DNA from: an uncultured Gammaproteobacteria bacterium
Lineage (GTDB): Bacteria; Patescibacteriota; Patescibacteriia; Magasanikbacterales; UBA922
Length of the DNA stretch: 64,000 nt
Assembly (NCBI GenBank): GCA_964592785.1
Contig: CAZQHU010000002.1
Span: forward strand, 12,680 to 76,679
Direction: 5' to 3'
Shown here piece after piece: positions 19,842 through 28,572 of this stretch; position 1 is the first letter of the stretch, and every line of letters starts with the position of its first letter. The notes beneath the pieces were generated by a model. That model saw only the letters and a program-made list of their open reading frames with translations, was not told the DNA's origin and did no database searches. Made by a program: the position numbers and the translations under genes.

Positions 19842-19934
19842 TGTCACCCTGAACTTGTTTCAAGGTCTTTTTTAGGTTTTATTTTTTAGTAAATATAATT
19901 TTAGAAAAGATGCTGAAATAAATTCAGCATGACA
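19842..19934. repeat. GTCAT-family element in the clpB 5' UTR
   Basis: tgtcaccctgaacttgtttcaaggtct...agatgctgaaataaattcagcatgaca; same subfamily as 50809-50902. Confidence 0.85.
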
Positions 19935-19937
19935 ATT

Positions 19938-19964
19938 CTATCACTCAATATATGAGAGTGATAA
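19938..19964 (-). promoter_or_regulatory. CIRCE-like (HrcA) operator
   Basis: On -: TTATCACTC-N9-GAGTGATAG versus consensus TTAGCACTC-N9-GAGTGCTAA, immediately after the -10 of the clpB promoter. Confidence 0.8.
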
Positions 19965-19965
19965 T

Positions 19966-19993
19966 ATTATACTATATTGTCAAACACTGTCAA
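19966..19993 (-). promoter_or_regulatory. sigma70 promoter of clpB
   Basis: On -: TTGACA-16 nt-TATAAT. Confidence 0.8.
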
Positions 19994-20085
19994 GTGTGAT
20001 AATATTATAGCATAATTTTGCTATTTATTTGTAGTAAATTTGTCAAATTAGGGATAAAATAGTGTTTGAAATTTTTTACTTAATT

Positions 20086-20526
20086 ATGAATAGTGTTGTA
20101 CTTAAAAAAGCCACTCTCAATGATTATAAAGAAGTTGCTGAAATAGAAAAAATGGCTAGTTCAAAAACATACTCAGCTAGATTAAAGGAAAATGAAATCA
20201 AAAATTTTATTGAAAAAGATTTTGTTTTTCTTATTATACACGATCAAACAACTGTCGGATTAACATCTTTTCAAGTTTTAAAAAATAAAATCGCGCATTG
20301 CAATGGATTGGCTATTTACCCAAAATATAGAAGAAAAGGCTTTGCTAAAAAGGCAATGAATTTATTGCTAAATAAAATGAATAAGTATCAACATGTTGAA
20401 TTGGTTGTTCACCCATATAATAATACCGCGATTACTCTTTATCTCTCTTTGGGTTTTAAAATTACAAAATGGTTAAATAATCACTTTGGGGATAATGAGC
20501 CAAGACTTTTAATGATCAGAAAATAG
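20086..20526 (+). CDS. GNAT family N-acetyltransferase
   Basis: LAIYPKYRRKGFAK (motif A), NNTAITLYLSLGF (motif B). Confidence 0.88.
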   Translation: MNSVVLKKATLNDYKEVAEIEKMASSKTYSARLKENEIKNFIEKDFVFLIIHDQTTVGLTSFQVLKNKIAHCNGLAIYPKYRRKGFAKKAMNLLLNKMNKYQHVELVVHPYNNTAITLYLSLGFKITKWLNNHFGDNEPRLLMIRK

Positions 20527-20528
20527 TT

Positions 20529-21269
20529 ATGGAAATTTTGAGTGTTAAAGTTAACAATATCCAAAAATCTGAAATTCTGAATCAAATTAGACAATTTTTA
20601 AATTCAGATACATCACACAAAATTTTTACTCCTAACCCAGAGATGCTCGTTGATGCAGATAAAGACCAATATTTTAAAGAAATTTTGAATAGTGGTGATT
20701 TGAATGTTTGCGATGGGTTTGGACTTTCACTTGTGAGTGGAATCAAACGCTATCCGGGTGTAGAATTAATGTCAGATATCTGCGCATTGGCAGAAAACGA
20801 AAATAGGAGCGTATATTTACTTGGGAGTGGGAGTGATGAGGTGCTTAAGAAAACAGTGGAGGAATTGAATAAAAAATATCCAAATTTAAAAATTGTCGGC
20901 TATAATAAAGGCCCAGCAATTGGACTACAGACTATAGACCACAGACTACAAATCAACAAAATTGAAAATGAAGAGATTTTGAATGATATTATTATGTCTG
21001 CACCTGATATTCTCTTCGTTGCCTTTGGTCACGTTAAACAAGAAAAGTGGATATATGAAAATTTAAAACACCTGCCTAGCGTAAAAGTCGCTATGGGAGT
21101 AGGTGGAGCTTTTGATTTCATTTCCAAGAAAACCAAACGTGCCCCTTTATTTATGCGTAAAATTGGGTTAGAATGGTTATATCGCTTAATTAAACAGCCG
21201 TGGAGAATTAAACGAATTTGGAAAGCGACGGCGATATTTTTATTTTTATATGTTAGACAAAAGAGGTGA
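20529..21269 (+). CDS. WecB/TagA/CpsF (WecG-like) glycosyltransferase, GT26
   Basis: TPNPEM, CDGFG, FVAFGHVKQEKW, GVGGAFDF, RAPLFMRKIGLEWLYRL. Confidence 0.92.
   Translation: MEILSVKVNNIQKSEILNQIRQFLNSDTSHKIFTPNPEMLVDADKDQYFKEILNSGDLNVCDGFGLSLVSGIKRYPGVELMSDICALAENENRSVYLLGSGSDEVLKKTVEELNKKYPNLKIVGYNKGPAIGLQTIDHRLQINKIENEEILNDIIMSAPDILFVAFGHVKQEKWIYENLKHLPSVKVAMGVGGAFDFISKKTKRAPLFMRKIGLEWLYRLIKQPWRIKRIWKATAIFLFLYVRQKR
20923..20950. repeat. Heptamer array (gacYaYa)x4 in frame in the GT26 gene
   Basis: gactaca gactata gaccaca gactaca; encodes GLQTIDHRLQ. Confidence 0.75.
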
Positions 21270-21648
21270 ATGGCCTGTAAGAAAGTATTCGTATATAAGT
21301 GATCTATCTGGTAATTATGGTCCCGATAGACCAGTCGTTGGTTTAACAGCTGAAGGAGAAATTGCCCAGGTTGATGTACCTGAAATTATTTCTGAAGTTT
21401 TTCATCTAATGACTGAAGAGCAAATCGATTTCTATTTTTCAAATTATATATTCAACTCTCCAGAACAAAAAATGTTTGATGCGCTTGGTAATGACACTGG
21501 TGCCAAAATATTAAAAATTAGAGAAAAAGTTAAAACTAACCCAGCAAATTCAAATTTAACACAAGAAGAATCTGATCTTTTAGTTTTTGGTTTCAAAAAT
21601 TATTTACTCACACAAGGTATTCGTTTACCAGAAGAAGATGATATCTAA
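21250..21648 (+). CDS. Hypothetical protein
   Basis: 132-aa ORF packed between the GT26 and TrmH genes. Confidence 0.65.
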   Translation: MLDKRGEWPVRKYSYISDLSGNYGPDRPVVGLTAEGEIAQVDVPEIISEVFHLMTEEQIDFYFSNYIFNSPEQKMFDALGNDTGAKILKIREKVKTNPANSNLTQEESDLLVFGFKNYLLTQGIRLPEEDDI

Positions 21649-21652
21649 AATT

Positions 21653-22423
21653 ATGCTTTCAGAAAGAATTAAAAAACATCTTGCTAAACTTCAACAGAAA
21701 AAATTTCGAGCTGAGGAGGAAGAATTCATTATTGAAGGGATAAAAGGAGTGGATGAAGCTTTAAACGCATCTGCCGAAGTTGTGTTACTTGTCATAGAAG
21801 GTAATAGGCGAGACGAACCAGATATTCAAAGCCTTGTTATCAAAGCAGAAGCTAGAGGAGTACCAATAGAATTTTGTGGCCGTAAAGATATTGGTGAAAT
21901 AAAAACTACTGATACTTTCCCTGGTATTTTAGCGATTATCAGGACAAAAGAAATTGAAATTCAAAATTTGATTAGTGAAAAAATAATTTGTTTAGATGGA
22001 ATTAAAGATCCAGGCAATTTGGGGACGATTATTCGTACAGCTGATTGGTTTGGCATTAAAAATATTCTGTTATCAGAGGACTGTGTAGATACCTACAACC
22101 CCAAAGTTGTTCGTAGTACTATGGGTTCGATTTTTCACTGCCAAATAATGGAAAGTCAAAATATAATTAAAGATTTATTATATCTACAAAATCATCATGA
22201 ATACAAAATTTATTCACTAACTATGAACGGTGAAAATTTTGATAAATTGGAAAAAAATAAAAAAGTTGTTTATATTATTGGTAGCGAATCCCACGGTGTG
22301 AGGCCAGAAATTGAAAAAATATCTGATAAACGCTATACTATACACGGTCAAGGTCAAGCAGAGTCACTCAATGCTGCTGTGGCCGCTGGAATTTTAATGA
22401 GTAAAATATATGATAAGAACTAG
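21653..22423 (+). CDS. TrmH/SpoU family RNA methyltransferase
   Basis: FIIEG, DPGNLGTIIRTADWFG, IGSESHG, ESLNAAVAAGI. Confidence 0.92.
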   Translation: MLSERIKKHLAKLQQKKFRAEEEEFIIEGIKGVDEALNASAEVVLLVIEGNRRDEPDIQSLVIKAEARGVPIEFCGRKDIGEIKTTDTFPGILAIIRTKEIEIQNLISEKIICLDGIKDPGNLGTIIRTADWFGIKNILLSEDCVDTYNPKVVRSTMGSIFHCQIMESQNIIKDLLYLQNHHEYKIYSLTMNGENFDKLEKNKKVVYIIGSESHGVRPEIEKISDKRYTIHGQGQAESLNAAVAAGILMSKIYDKN

Positions 22424-23870
22424 ATTTGCCCCTTCACCAACTGGCTTTGTTCATGTGGGTTCATTACGCACTGCTCTCTATGCTTATTTATTTGCTAAAA
22501 AAAATAAGGGTGCTTTTATTTTACGTATTGAAGATACAGACAGAGAAAGATATGTGGAAGGAGCCATTGAAAATCTTTTGAAATCACTTCATTGGTCAGG
22601 ACTGACAATTGATGAAGGAGTGGATTTTGATTTGAATAATAAAATTGTTCAAAAAGGAGACTGTGGTCCTTATGTTCAATCTGAAAGGCTAACTATATAC
22701 AAAAAACATGCTGAAAAATTGCTAGAAAAAAATCATGCCTATTATTGTTTTTGTTCAAAAGAAAGACTGGAAGAAGTGAAAAAAATTCAAGAATTAAATA
22801 AACAGCCAACTGGTTATGATGGGCATTGTCGTAATCTTCAACCGACTGAAGCCAAAAAAAGAGTTGAGGCAGGGGAGAGTCATGTAATAAGAATGAAAAT
22901 GCCAAAAGAGGGTGTGACCAAATTTAATGATTTGATACGTGGCGAAGTTTCTTTTGAAAATAAATTAGTTGACGACCAAGTAATAATGAAAGCTGATGGT
23001 TATCCTACTTATCATTTGGCGGTTGTAGTAGATGATCATCTCATGGAAATTACTCACGTCATCCGTGGTGAGGAGTGGCTTTCATCTACTCCTAAACATA
23101 TTGAACTTTATAAAATGTTTGGATGGCAAGCTCCTGAATTTGCTCATTTACCTTTACTTTTAAATTCTGACAAGTCAAAACTCTCCAAACGGCAAGGTGA
23201 TGTGGCGGTAGAGGACTATCGTGACAAAGGATATTTAGCACAAGCTTTGGTAAATTTTGTAGCCTTTTTGGGTTGGAATCCTGGAGATGAACGGGAAATA
23301 TTTAGTTTAGAGGAGCTTGTTAAAGAATTTAGTTTGGAAAAAGTTAATAAAGCTGGTGCCGTCTTTAATCTAGAAAAACTGGATTGGTACAATCGAGAAT
23401 ATATGAAAAAAATGAGTGATGAAGAATTAGCTGATTTATGTCAGCCCCTTTTGGAAGAAAAATTTCAAATTTCAAATTTCAAATTTCAAATTGACAAAGT
23501 TGTTGCATTAGAAAAAGAAAGAGCGACAACTTTGGTAGAGCTAGTGGAAAATGTTAGATTTATTTTTGAGCTGACTGATTATGAAGCTGATTTATTGATC
23601 TGGAAAAAGAGTGATGGAGTGAAAACCAGAGAAATTTTGGCTAAATTAAGCGATTTTTTGGCTAAATTAAGCGATTTTTCCAAAGAAAATCTAGAAAAGA
23701 AAATAGGGGAGTGGCTTGTTTCTGAGGGGTTTGGTACTGGTGATGTTCTGTGGCCGATGAGGGTTGCATTATCAGGACAAAAAAATTCTCCGGGGCCATA
23801 CGAAATTGCTGAAGTCTTGGAGAAAGAAGAAACTTTGAAAAGAATTAAAAATGCCATAGCTAAATTGTGA
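22410..23870 (+). CDS. gltX: Glutamyl-tRNA synthetase
   Basis: RTRFAPSPTG.HVGS, LRIEDTD, KLSKR. Confidence 0.98.
   Translation: MIRTRFAPSPTGFVHVGSLRTALYAYLFAKKNKGAFILRIEDTDRERYVEGAIENLLKSLHWSGLTIDEGVDFDLNNKIVQKGDCGPYVQSERLTIYKKHAEKLLEKNHAYYCFCSKERLEEVKKIQELNKQPTGYDGHCRNLQPTEAKKRVEAGESHVIRMKMPKEGVTKFNDLIRGEVSFENKLVDDQVIMKADGYPTYHLAVVVDDHLMEITHVIRGEEWLSSTPKHIELYKMFGWQAPEFAHLPLLLNSDKSKLSKRQGDVAVEDYRDKGYLAQALVNFVAFLGWNPGDEREIFSLEELVKEFSLEKVNKAGAVFNLEKLDWYNREYMKKMSDEELADLCQPLLEEKFQISNFKFQIDKVVALEKERATTLVELVENVRFIFELTDYEADLLIWKKSDGVKTREILAKLSDFLAKLSDFSKENLEKKIGEWLVSEGFGTGDVLWPMRVALSGQKNSPGPYEIAEVLEKEETLKRIKNAIAKL
23460..23492. repeat. (AAATTTC)x4+ heptamer array in frame in gltX
   Basis: aaatttc x4 then aaatt; encodes KFQISNFKFQI. 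Confidence 0.85.
23635..23679. repeat. 21-bp tandem duplication in gltX
   Basis: ttttggctaaattaagcgatt x2; encodes LAKLSDF twice. Confidence 0.85.
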
Positions 23871-23899
23871 ACGGTTTTAAAATATGTTATAATTTAACC

Positions 23900-25117
23900 A
23901 TGAAGAAATTCGTGGTTATTTTATTTTTATTATCAGCCATACTTAGTTGGCCGGTTTTTTATTGTTCAGCGGACAATAGTCTCGAAATAGACAAATTGAA
24001 TCAGGCGATTGCTGAAAAGAAAGAAAAAACCAAACAATTGGAAGCCAGTATTGCTGAATATAAAGAAAAAATAGCTAAAAAACAATTGGAAGCTGTGTCA
24101 TTAAATAATCAAATGTCTATTTTGGACAACCGCATGTCGGCTATTGAATTGGATATCCAAGCAACTACTGAAAAATTAAATTCAATAATGTTGGAAATTG
24201 AAGCGTTAAATTTATCCATACAAGATAAAGAAGAAATAATTAATAAACAAAAAGATTTAGTAGCAGAGCTTTTGCGAACATTACATTATAAAAATGGTAA
24301 AAGTTATATAAAAATTGCTGCTACTTATGAAAATTTTTCTGATTTTTATAACCAAGTTCAATATTTAAAAACAGTGGAAACCGATTTGACTAAAAATGTT
24401 AAAAATTTAAAATTAGCCAAGACTGAATTGGAAAATAAAAAAGATCAAACAGAAGAAAGAAAAATTGCTTATGAAGATGTTAAGCAAGATTTACAGGCCA
24501 AAAAGGAAGAATTACAGGCCCAAGTAAATGTTAAACAAAATTTATTAATAAAAACACGTTCTTCAGAAGCTGCTTTTAAAACAGTTCTTAGTAATTTAAA
24601 AACTCAATACCAACAAATTGAAGGAGAAATTACTGGAATAGAACAGGAAGTTCGTAAAAAATTGGCTGAACAAAATAAACTTGAATCTTTGTCCACGGAC
24701 GATGACGCTTTTGGTTGGCCTGTTCCCAGTCATTACATCACTTCAGGTTTTCGGGATCCGGATTATCCTTATCGTAATGTTTTTGAGCATACTGGTATTG
24801 ATATTCGCGCCAGTCAAGGGACTGCTGTACGCGCCGTAGCTTCTGGCTATGTAGGTATTGCTAAACGTTGTTCTTTGGCTTCTTGTTATAGTTATGTTAT
24901 GTTGATTCATAGTAGTGGTTTGGCCACTGTCTATGGACATCTTAATAAAATAACTGTAAATGATGATCAATTTGTCACCAGAGGAGATGTGATAGGCTAT
25001 AGTGGTGGCACACCAGGAACAGCCGGGGCTGGTCCATTTGTGACAGGTCCGCATCTGCATTTGGAGGTAAGAAAAAATGGTATCCCAGTAAATCCATTGA
25101 ATTATTTGGCCCAATAA
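23900..25117 (+). CDS. Coiled-coil M23 peptidoglycan peptidase (EnvC-like architecture)
   Basis: Signal peptide, long coiled coil, HTGID and HLHLE M23 motifs. Confidence 0.9.
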   Translation: MKKFVVILFLLSAILSWPVFYCSADNSLEIDKLNQAIAEKKEKTKQLEASIAEYKEKIAKKQLEAVSLNNQMSILDNRMSAIELDIQATTEKLNSIMLEIEALNLSIQDKEEIINKQKDLVAELLRTLHYKNGKSYIKIAATYENFSDFYNQVQYLKTVETDLTKNVKNLKLAKTELENKKDQTEERKIAYEDVKQDLQAKKEELQAQVNVKQNLLIKTRSSEAAFKTVLSNLKTQYQQIEGEITGIEQEVRKKLAEQNKLESLSTDDDAFGWPVPSHYITSGFRDPDYPYRNVFEHTGIDIRASQGTAVRAVASGYVGIAKRCSLASCYSYVMLIHSSGLATVYGHLNKITVNDDQFVTRGDVIGYSGGTPGTAGAGPFVTGPHLHLEVRKNGIPVNPLNYLAQ

Positions 25118-25139
25118 GAAAATAAAAAATATATAAAAT

Positions 25140-25173
25140 TAAAACAACCCCTGTTAAATGGAGGTTGTTTTTA
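25140..25173. terminator. Terminator after the M23 gene
   Basis: aaaacaacc..ggttgttttt. Confidence 0.7.
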
Positions 25174-25289
25174 ATTGTTTTGGAGGATGAAGAATTGTCT
25201 TACCTTGGTATATAGTGTCGTATAAGATATATTGTGCGACATCATATACTATGAGCAGGCAGAGCTTTTATCTCTCTTCCCTATCATTA

Positions 25290-26297
25290 TTACTGCCAAA
25301 AAATTCTTCCTGGAAATCTTAAATCAATATAATTTAAATTATTAATATCTATTTTTTTATTTTGTAATAAATATTGTAAAGAATTATATTGAATTTCCAA
25401 ATCTTTTTCCAAATTGATTTTCAAAAGCCAGCCATCCCCTGTGTGAATTATCCCCTCTCCCCGATCATTGTCCAAAAAGACATAATTAAATTTAATATTA
25501 GTTGATTTATTTAAAAAATTAAACCATTGAATAATTCCACTGGCTAATTCTTTTGGTAAAATTGGGGTATTAACATTCAATTCTAAACCACGTGAATCAT
25601 AAACGATCGGATAATCGCCAAATTCCAAAATCAAATTTTTGACAGGTGGTGAATGTTTCTGGCTGATAATTTTTTCTTCAGTTAATTCTTGGCCCAACTC
25701 ATTGGTCGAAGTGACAGTGATTTTTTCTCTTTGCCACTCATCTTCACCAACCAGACGCAGTGTTTCCAAGAATAACCCGTCTGCGCCTAAATAACTGTAA
25801 TTTTTGCCATTATCATAAATCAAAGTAGAAACTTTTTCTTGTACTACAAATAATATATCATGAGGGAAAGACTTATCAATGACTATGTTTTCAAAAGAAA
25901 ATCTTTGATTCAGGATATACTGGAGTTCTTTTTCGTTTATTAAAAAATAATTATTTCCAGGAAAAATTAAAAAGCGCTGGCAATTTATGACACCCTGAAC
26001 CGCACTTTTGAATTCTTGTTCATTGATTCTTTGTAGACCAGTTACTTTTATTGAACTAATATGGAAATAGGGGTGGTATATAAGAAAACTTAAAGTTAAA
26101 ATAAACAATAAAAATAAAATTATCAAACGGAATTTTACTTTCCAATTAGTCCTTTCTTTCTTATAAGGATTAACTTTTCTTTCATGCCAATCAAAATCTC
26201 TAGGTAAGGCATCTTTTTCAAAAACAAAACCAGTTGCTTTCTTAAAAGCCCTGCCTAATTTTCTTTTTTGTTTGTAGGGATTAAAAATTTTACCCAC
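25290..26297 (-). CDS. FtsQ/DivIB-like cell division protein
   Basis: Single TM, POTRA-like region (IKVTG..KSFPHDILFVVQE), C-terminal YIDLRF. Confidence 0.8.
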   Translation of the reverse strand: MGKIFNPYKQKRKLGRAFKKATGFVFEKDALPRDFDWHERKVNPYKKERTNWKVKFRLIILFLLFILTLSFLIYHPYFHISSIKVTGLQRINEQEFKSAVQGVINCQRFLIFPGNNYFLINEKELQYILNQRFSFENIVIDKSFPHDILFVVQEKVSTLIYDNGKNYSYLGADGLFLETLRLVGEDEWQREKITVTSTNELGQELTEEKIISQKHSPPVKNLILEFGDYPIVYDSRGLELNVNTPILPKELASGIIQWFNFLNKSTNIKFNYVFLDNDRGEGIIHTGDGWLLKINLEKDLEIQYNSLQYLLQNKKIDINNLNYIDLRFPGRIFWQ

Positions 26298-26306
26298 ATT
26301 TTTTAT

Positions 26307-27335
26307 TTAAGCATTGAATCCCCTTTTTTCTTTTCTAATCATCTCTATCAACCAATTAAACCAATAATTTTTACTGACAAGCAAATCTTGACAATGCAAA
26401 AGATTTTTTTGGGCTCCACCAAAACCTTTTTTGAAATGAGTAATCCCATAAAAAGGATGGGAGAAATGTGCTCCTTCGGGGGCAATGCCCCAAAAATTAT
26501 ACCATTTACAACCACGTTCTTTGGCTTCTTTTATAGCTTCCCATTGCAATAAATAAGATGTGGGGATTTTTTTATCACTACCTAGAGAGGCTCCATGGCG
26601 ATATGCTGCCATATTTCCGTAATACATGATCACTGCCGAAGAATCTAGAGTGCCATCTGCTAAATAAGCATGCAAAACCAGGGCTTGATTGTTTTTTGAA
26701 AAAGCGAAAAATTCTTTATTTACATAGTTTTTTGAAAAACGATGAAAATTGTGACGTTCGGCTGTGATATCATGCAATTTATTAAAATCTTCTAGAGCAG
26801 TATCATAGTTAAATTTTTTTACTTCAACTTTTTCTCTTTCGCAACGGTGTATCAAATTACGGTGGTTTTTGTTCATGCCCATAAGCAAATCGTGGTGAGA
26901 AACATCTAAATTCAAAATCCAAGTTGTTTCGGCCAAGATGTGCATGGGTGCTGATCGATAGCCTGCTTCTCTGAAGATCCTCTTATTTTCTTGGTCATCA
27001 TTTAAAAAAGGACTAACTCTAACAAAATCATATTTATTTTTTTTGGCAAAATTAAATAAATTATTTGTTAATAATTTTAAACTTTCCAATTTTTTATCTA
27101 GGGGTAAAATCGGCCCGTAAGGCAGAAACAAAAAATTTCCTCGTTTAGCGTGCACTGAAACTACTAAAGAACCCCCAATCAAAATATTTTTTTCATAAAT
27201 ACCAAAAAGCCAAAAATCTTCATTTATTGATTTGTAAAATTCTCCATAGCTGGCAGATTGCATGAATAGAGTGTAAGGTTGGGATAAAACAAAATCTTCC
27301 CATTCAGCAAAATTGGTAATAATTTTAATTTCCAT
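26307..27335 (-). CDS. FemABX-family lipid II:amino acid transferase
   Basis: LFMQS..YG, LPYGP, YLLQWEAIKEAK, YNFWGI, GITHFKKGFGG. Confidence 0.9.
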   Translation of the reverse strand: MEIKIITNFAEWEDFVLSQPYTLFMQSASYGEFYKSINEDFWLFGIYEKNILIGGSLVVSVHAKRGNFLFLPYGPILPLDKKLESLKLLTNNLFNFAKKNKYDFVRVSPFLNDDQENKRIFREAGYRSAPMHILAETTWILNLDVSHHDLLMGMNKNHRNLIHRCEREKVEVKKFNYDTALEDFNKLHDITAERHNFHRFSKNYVNKEFFAFSKNNQALVLHAYLADGTLDSSAVIMYYGNMAAYRHGASLGSDKKIPTSYLLQWEAIKEAKERGCKWYNFWGIAPEGAHFSHPFYGITHFKKGFGGAQKNLLHCQDLLVSKNYWFNWLIEMIRKEKRGFNA

Positions 27336-28572
27336 AATTATTAATAATATCTACAATTTTTTGGGCATCCAGTAGTGTGATTTGTCTATCTGTTGGTAAA
27401 TTAATTGATTTGAGGGCCAAATTTTCATCATTGGGACAAGTGCCTTTTTGATAATCAAAAATTGTCAAATCAACATCTTTGGGGGCGACTGGGGCATCAT
27501 ACCAATTCCCCAAAATAATTCCATTTTTTTTGGCCAAGACATGCAGTTTTTTAGGATTTTCTACCAAAATATTATAGCGAAGCCAAATCGTTTCATTATT
27601 CCATTCTGGTTTAATGATTATTGGGTTATTAATTTTTTCTTCATAAAAATGGGCTATGGTTTTTTGATGTTTGATAACTTCTGAAAGATCCAAAAATTGA
27701 TTTAACAAAATATTTGCCAAAGAATTGGCTAGTTTAGCAGGATAAAATACAACAGGCAGACCAAATTTTTCAGGAGTATAGATTATTTTATTATAAATAT
27801 TAAAATATTTTGCTAGAGCCAAGAGCCACTTACCTATTCCTAAATTGTAAATTGGTTTGGCTAAATAAAAAATAGGATAATGCAAAAGATGTTGTATGGT
27901 TTTTCCTAATTTGGGAAATGATAAATTTTTTTGATAATTTTTAATTTTCTCAAACAATACAAGATCAGCTGTAAGTAGTGCTCCACCGCGTACACAAGAA
28001 AGTATTTTATCACTGCCAAAACTTAACATCCCAATATCGCCCATGGTGCCGGTCAATTTTTCTTGGTATTTAGCACCGAGTGAATGTGCACAATCTTCGA
28101 TTATTTTCAAATTGCTTTTTCTAGCCACAGAAATCAATTGTTCCAAATTTGCTGGTCGGCCAAAAGTGTGTTGAACAATTAAAGCTTTAGTTTTATTGGT
28201 TATTTTTTTTGATAAATCCTCCACTGACATATTACAATCATCTTTTACATCAACATAAATCGGTTTGGCTCCGGTCCATTTAATGGCATTGATAACCACC
28301 AAACAAGTATAAGATTGAACCAAAACCTCATCGTCTTCTCCAATTTCTAGGGCTTTTAGAGCAAAATAAAGAGCACTGCGTCCGCTATCAAAAGCAATAG
28401 CTGGAATGCCAAAGTATCTTTGTAGCCAATTTTCGACTTCTGATATTTTGGTTCCAACTATTATTTTTTTCCAGTTCCAGGGGAAAATCAAAAAACTAAA
28501 AGCAAGTTTTACATCGCGTTTAGTGAGATTTGGTGAAAAACCTGTAAAAATTGGTTTTTTAAAAAATTTCAT
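27325..28572 (-). CDS. DegT/DnrJ/EryC1/StrS PLP aminotransferase
   Basis: FDSGRSAL, VQHTFG, IIEDCAHSLG, SFGSDK (Schiff-base Lys), INLPT. Confidence 0.9.
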   Translation of the reverse strand: MKFFKKPIFTGFSPNLTKRDVKLAFSFLIFPWNWKKIIVGTKISEVENWLQRYFGIPAIAFDSGRSALYFALKALEIGEDDEVLVQSYTCLVVINAIKWTGAKPIYVDVKDDCNMSVEDLSKKITNKTKALIVQHTFGRPANLEQLISVARKSNLKIIEDCAHSLGAKYQEKLTGTMGDIGMLSFGSDKILSCVRGGALLTADLVLFEKIKNYQKNLSFPKLGKTIQHLLHYPIFYLAKPIYNLGIGKWLLALAKYFNIYNKIIYTPEKFGLPVVFYPAKLANSLANILLNQFLDLSEVIKHQKTIAHFYEEKINNPIIIKPEWNNETIWLRYNILVENPKKLHVLAKKNGIILGNWYDAPVAPKDVDLTIFDYQKGTCPNDENLALKSINLPTDRQITLLDAQKIVDIINNYGN

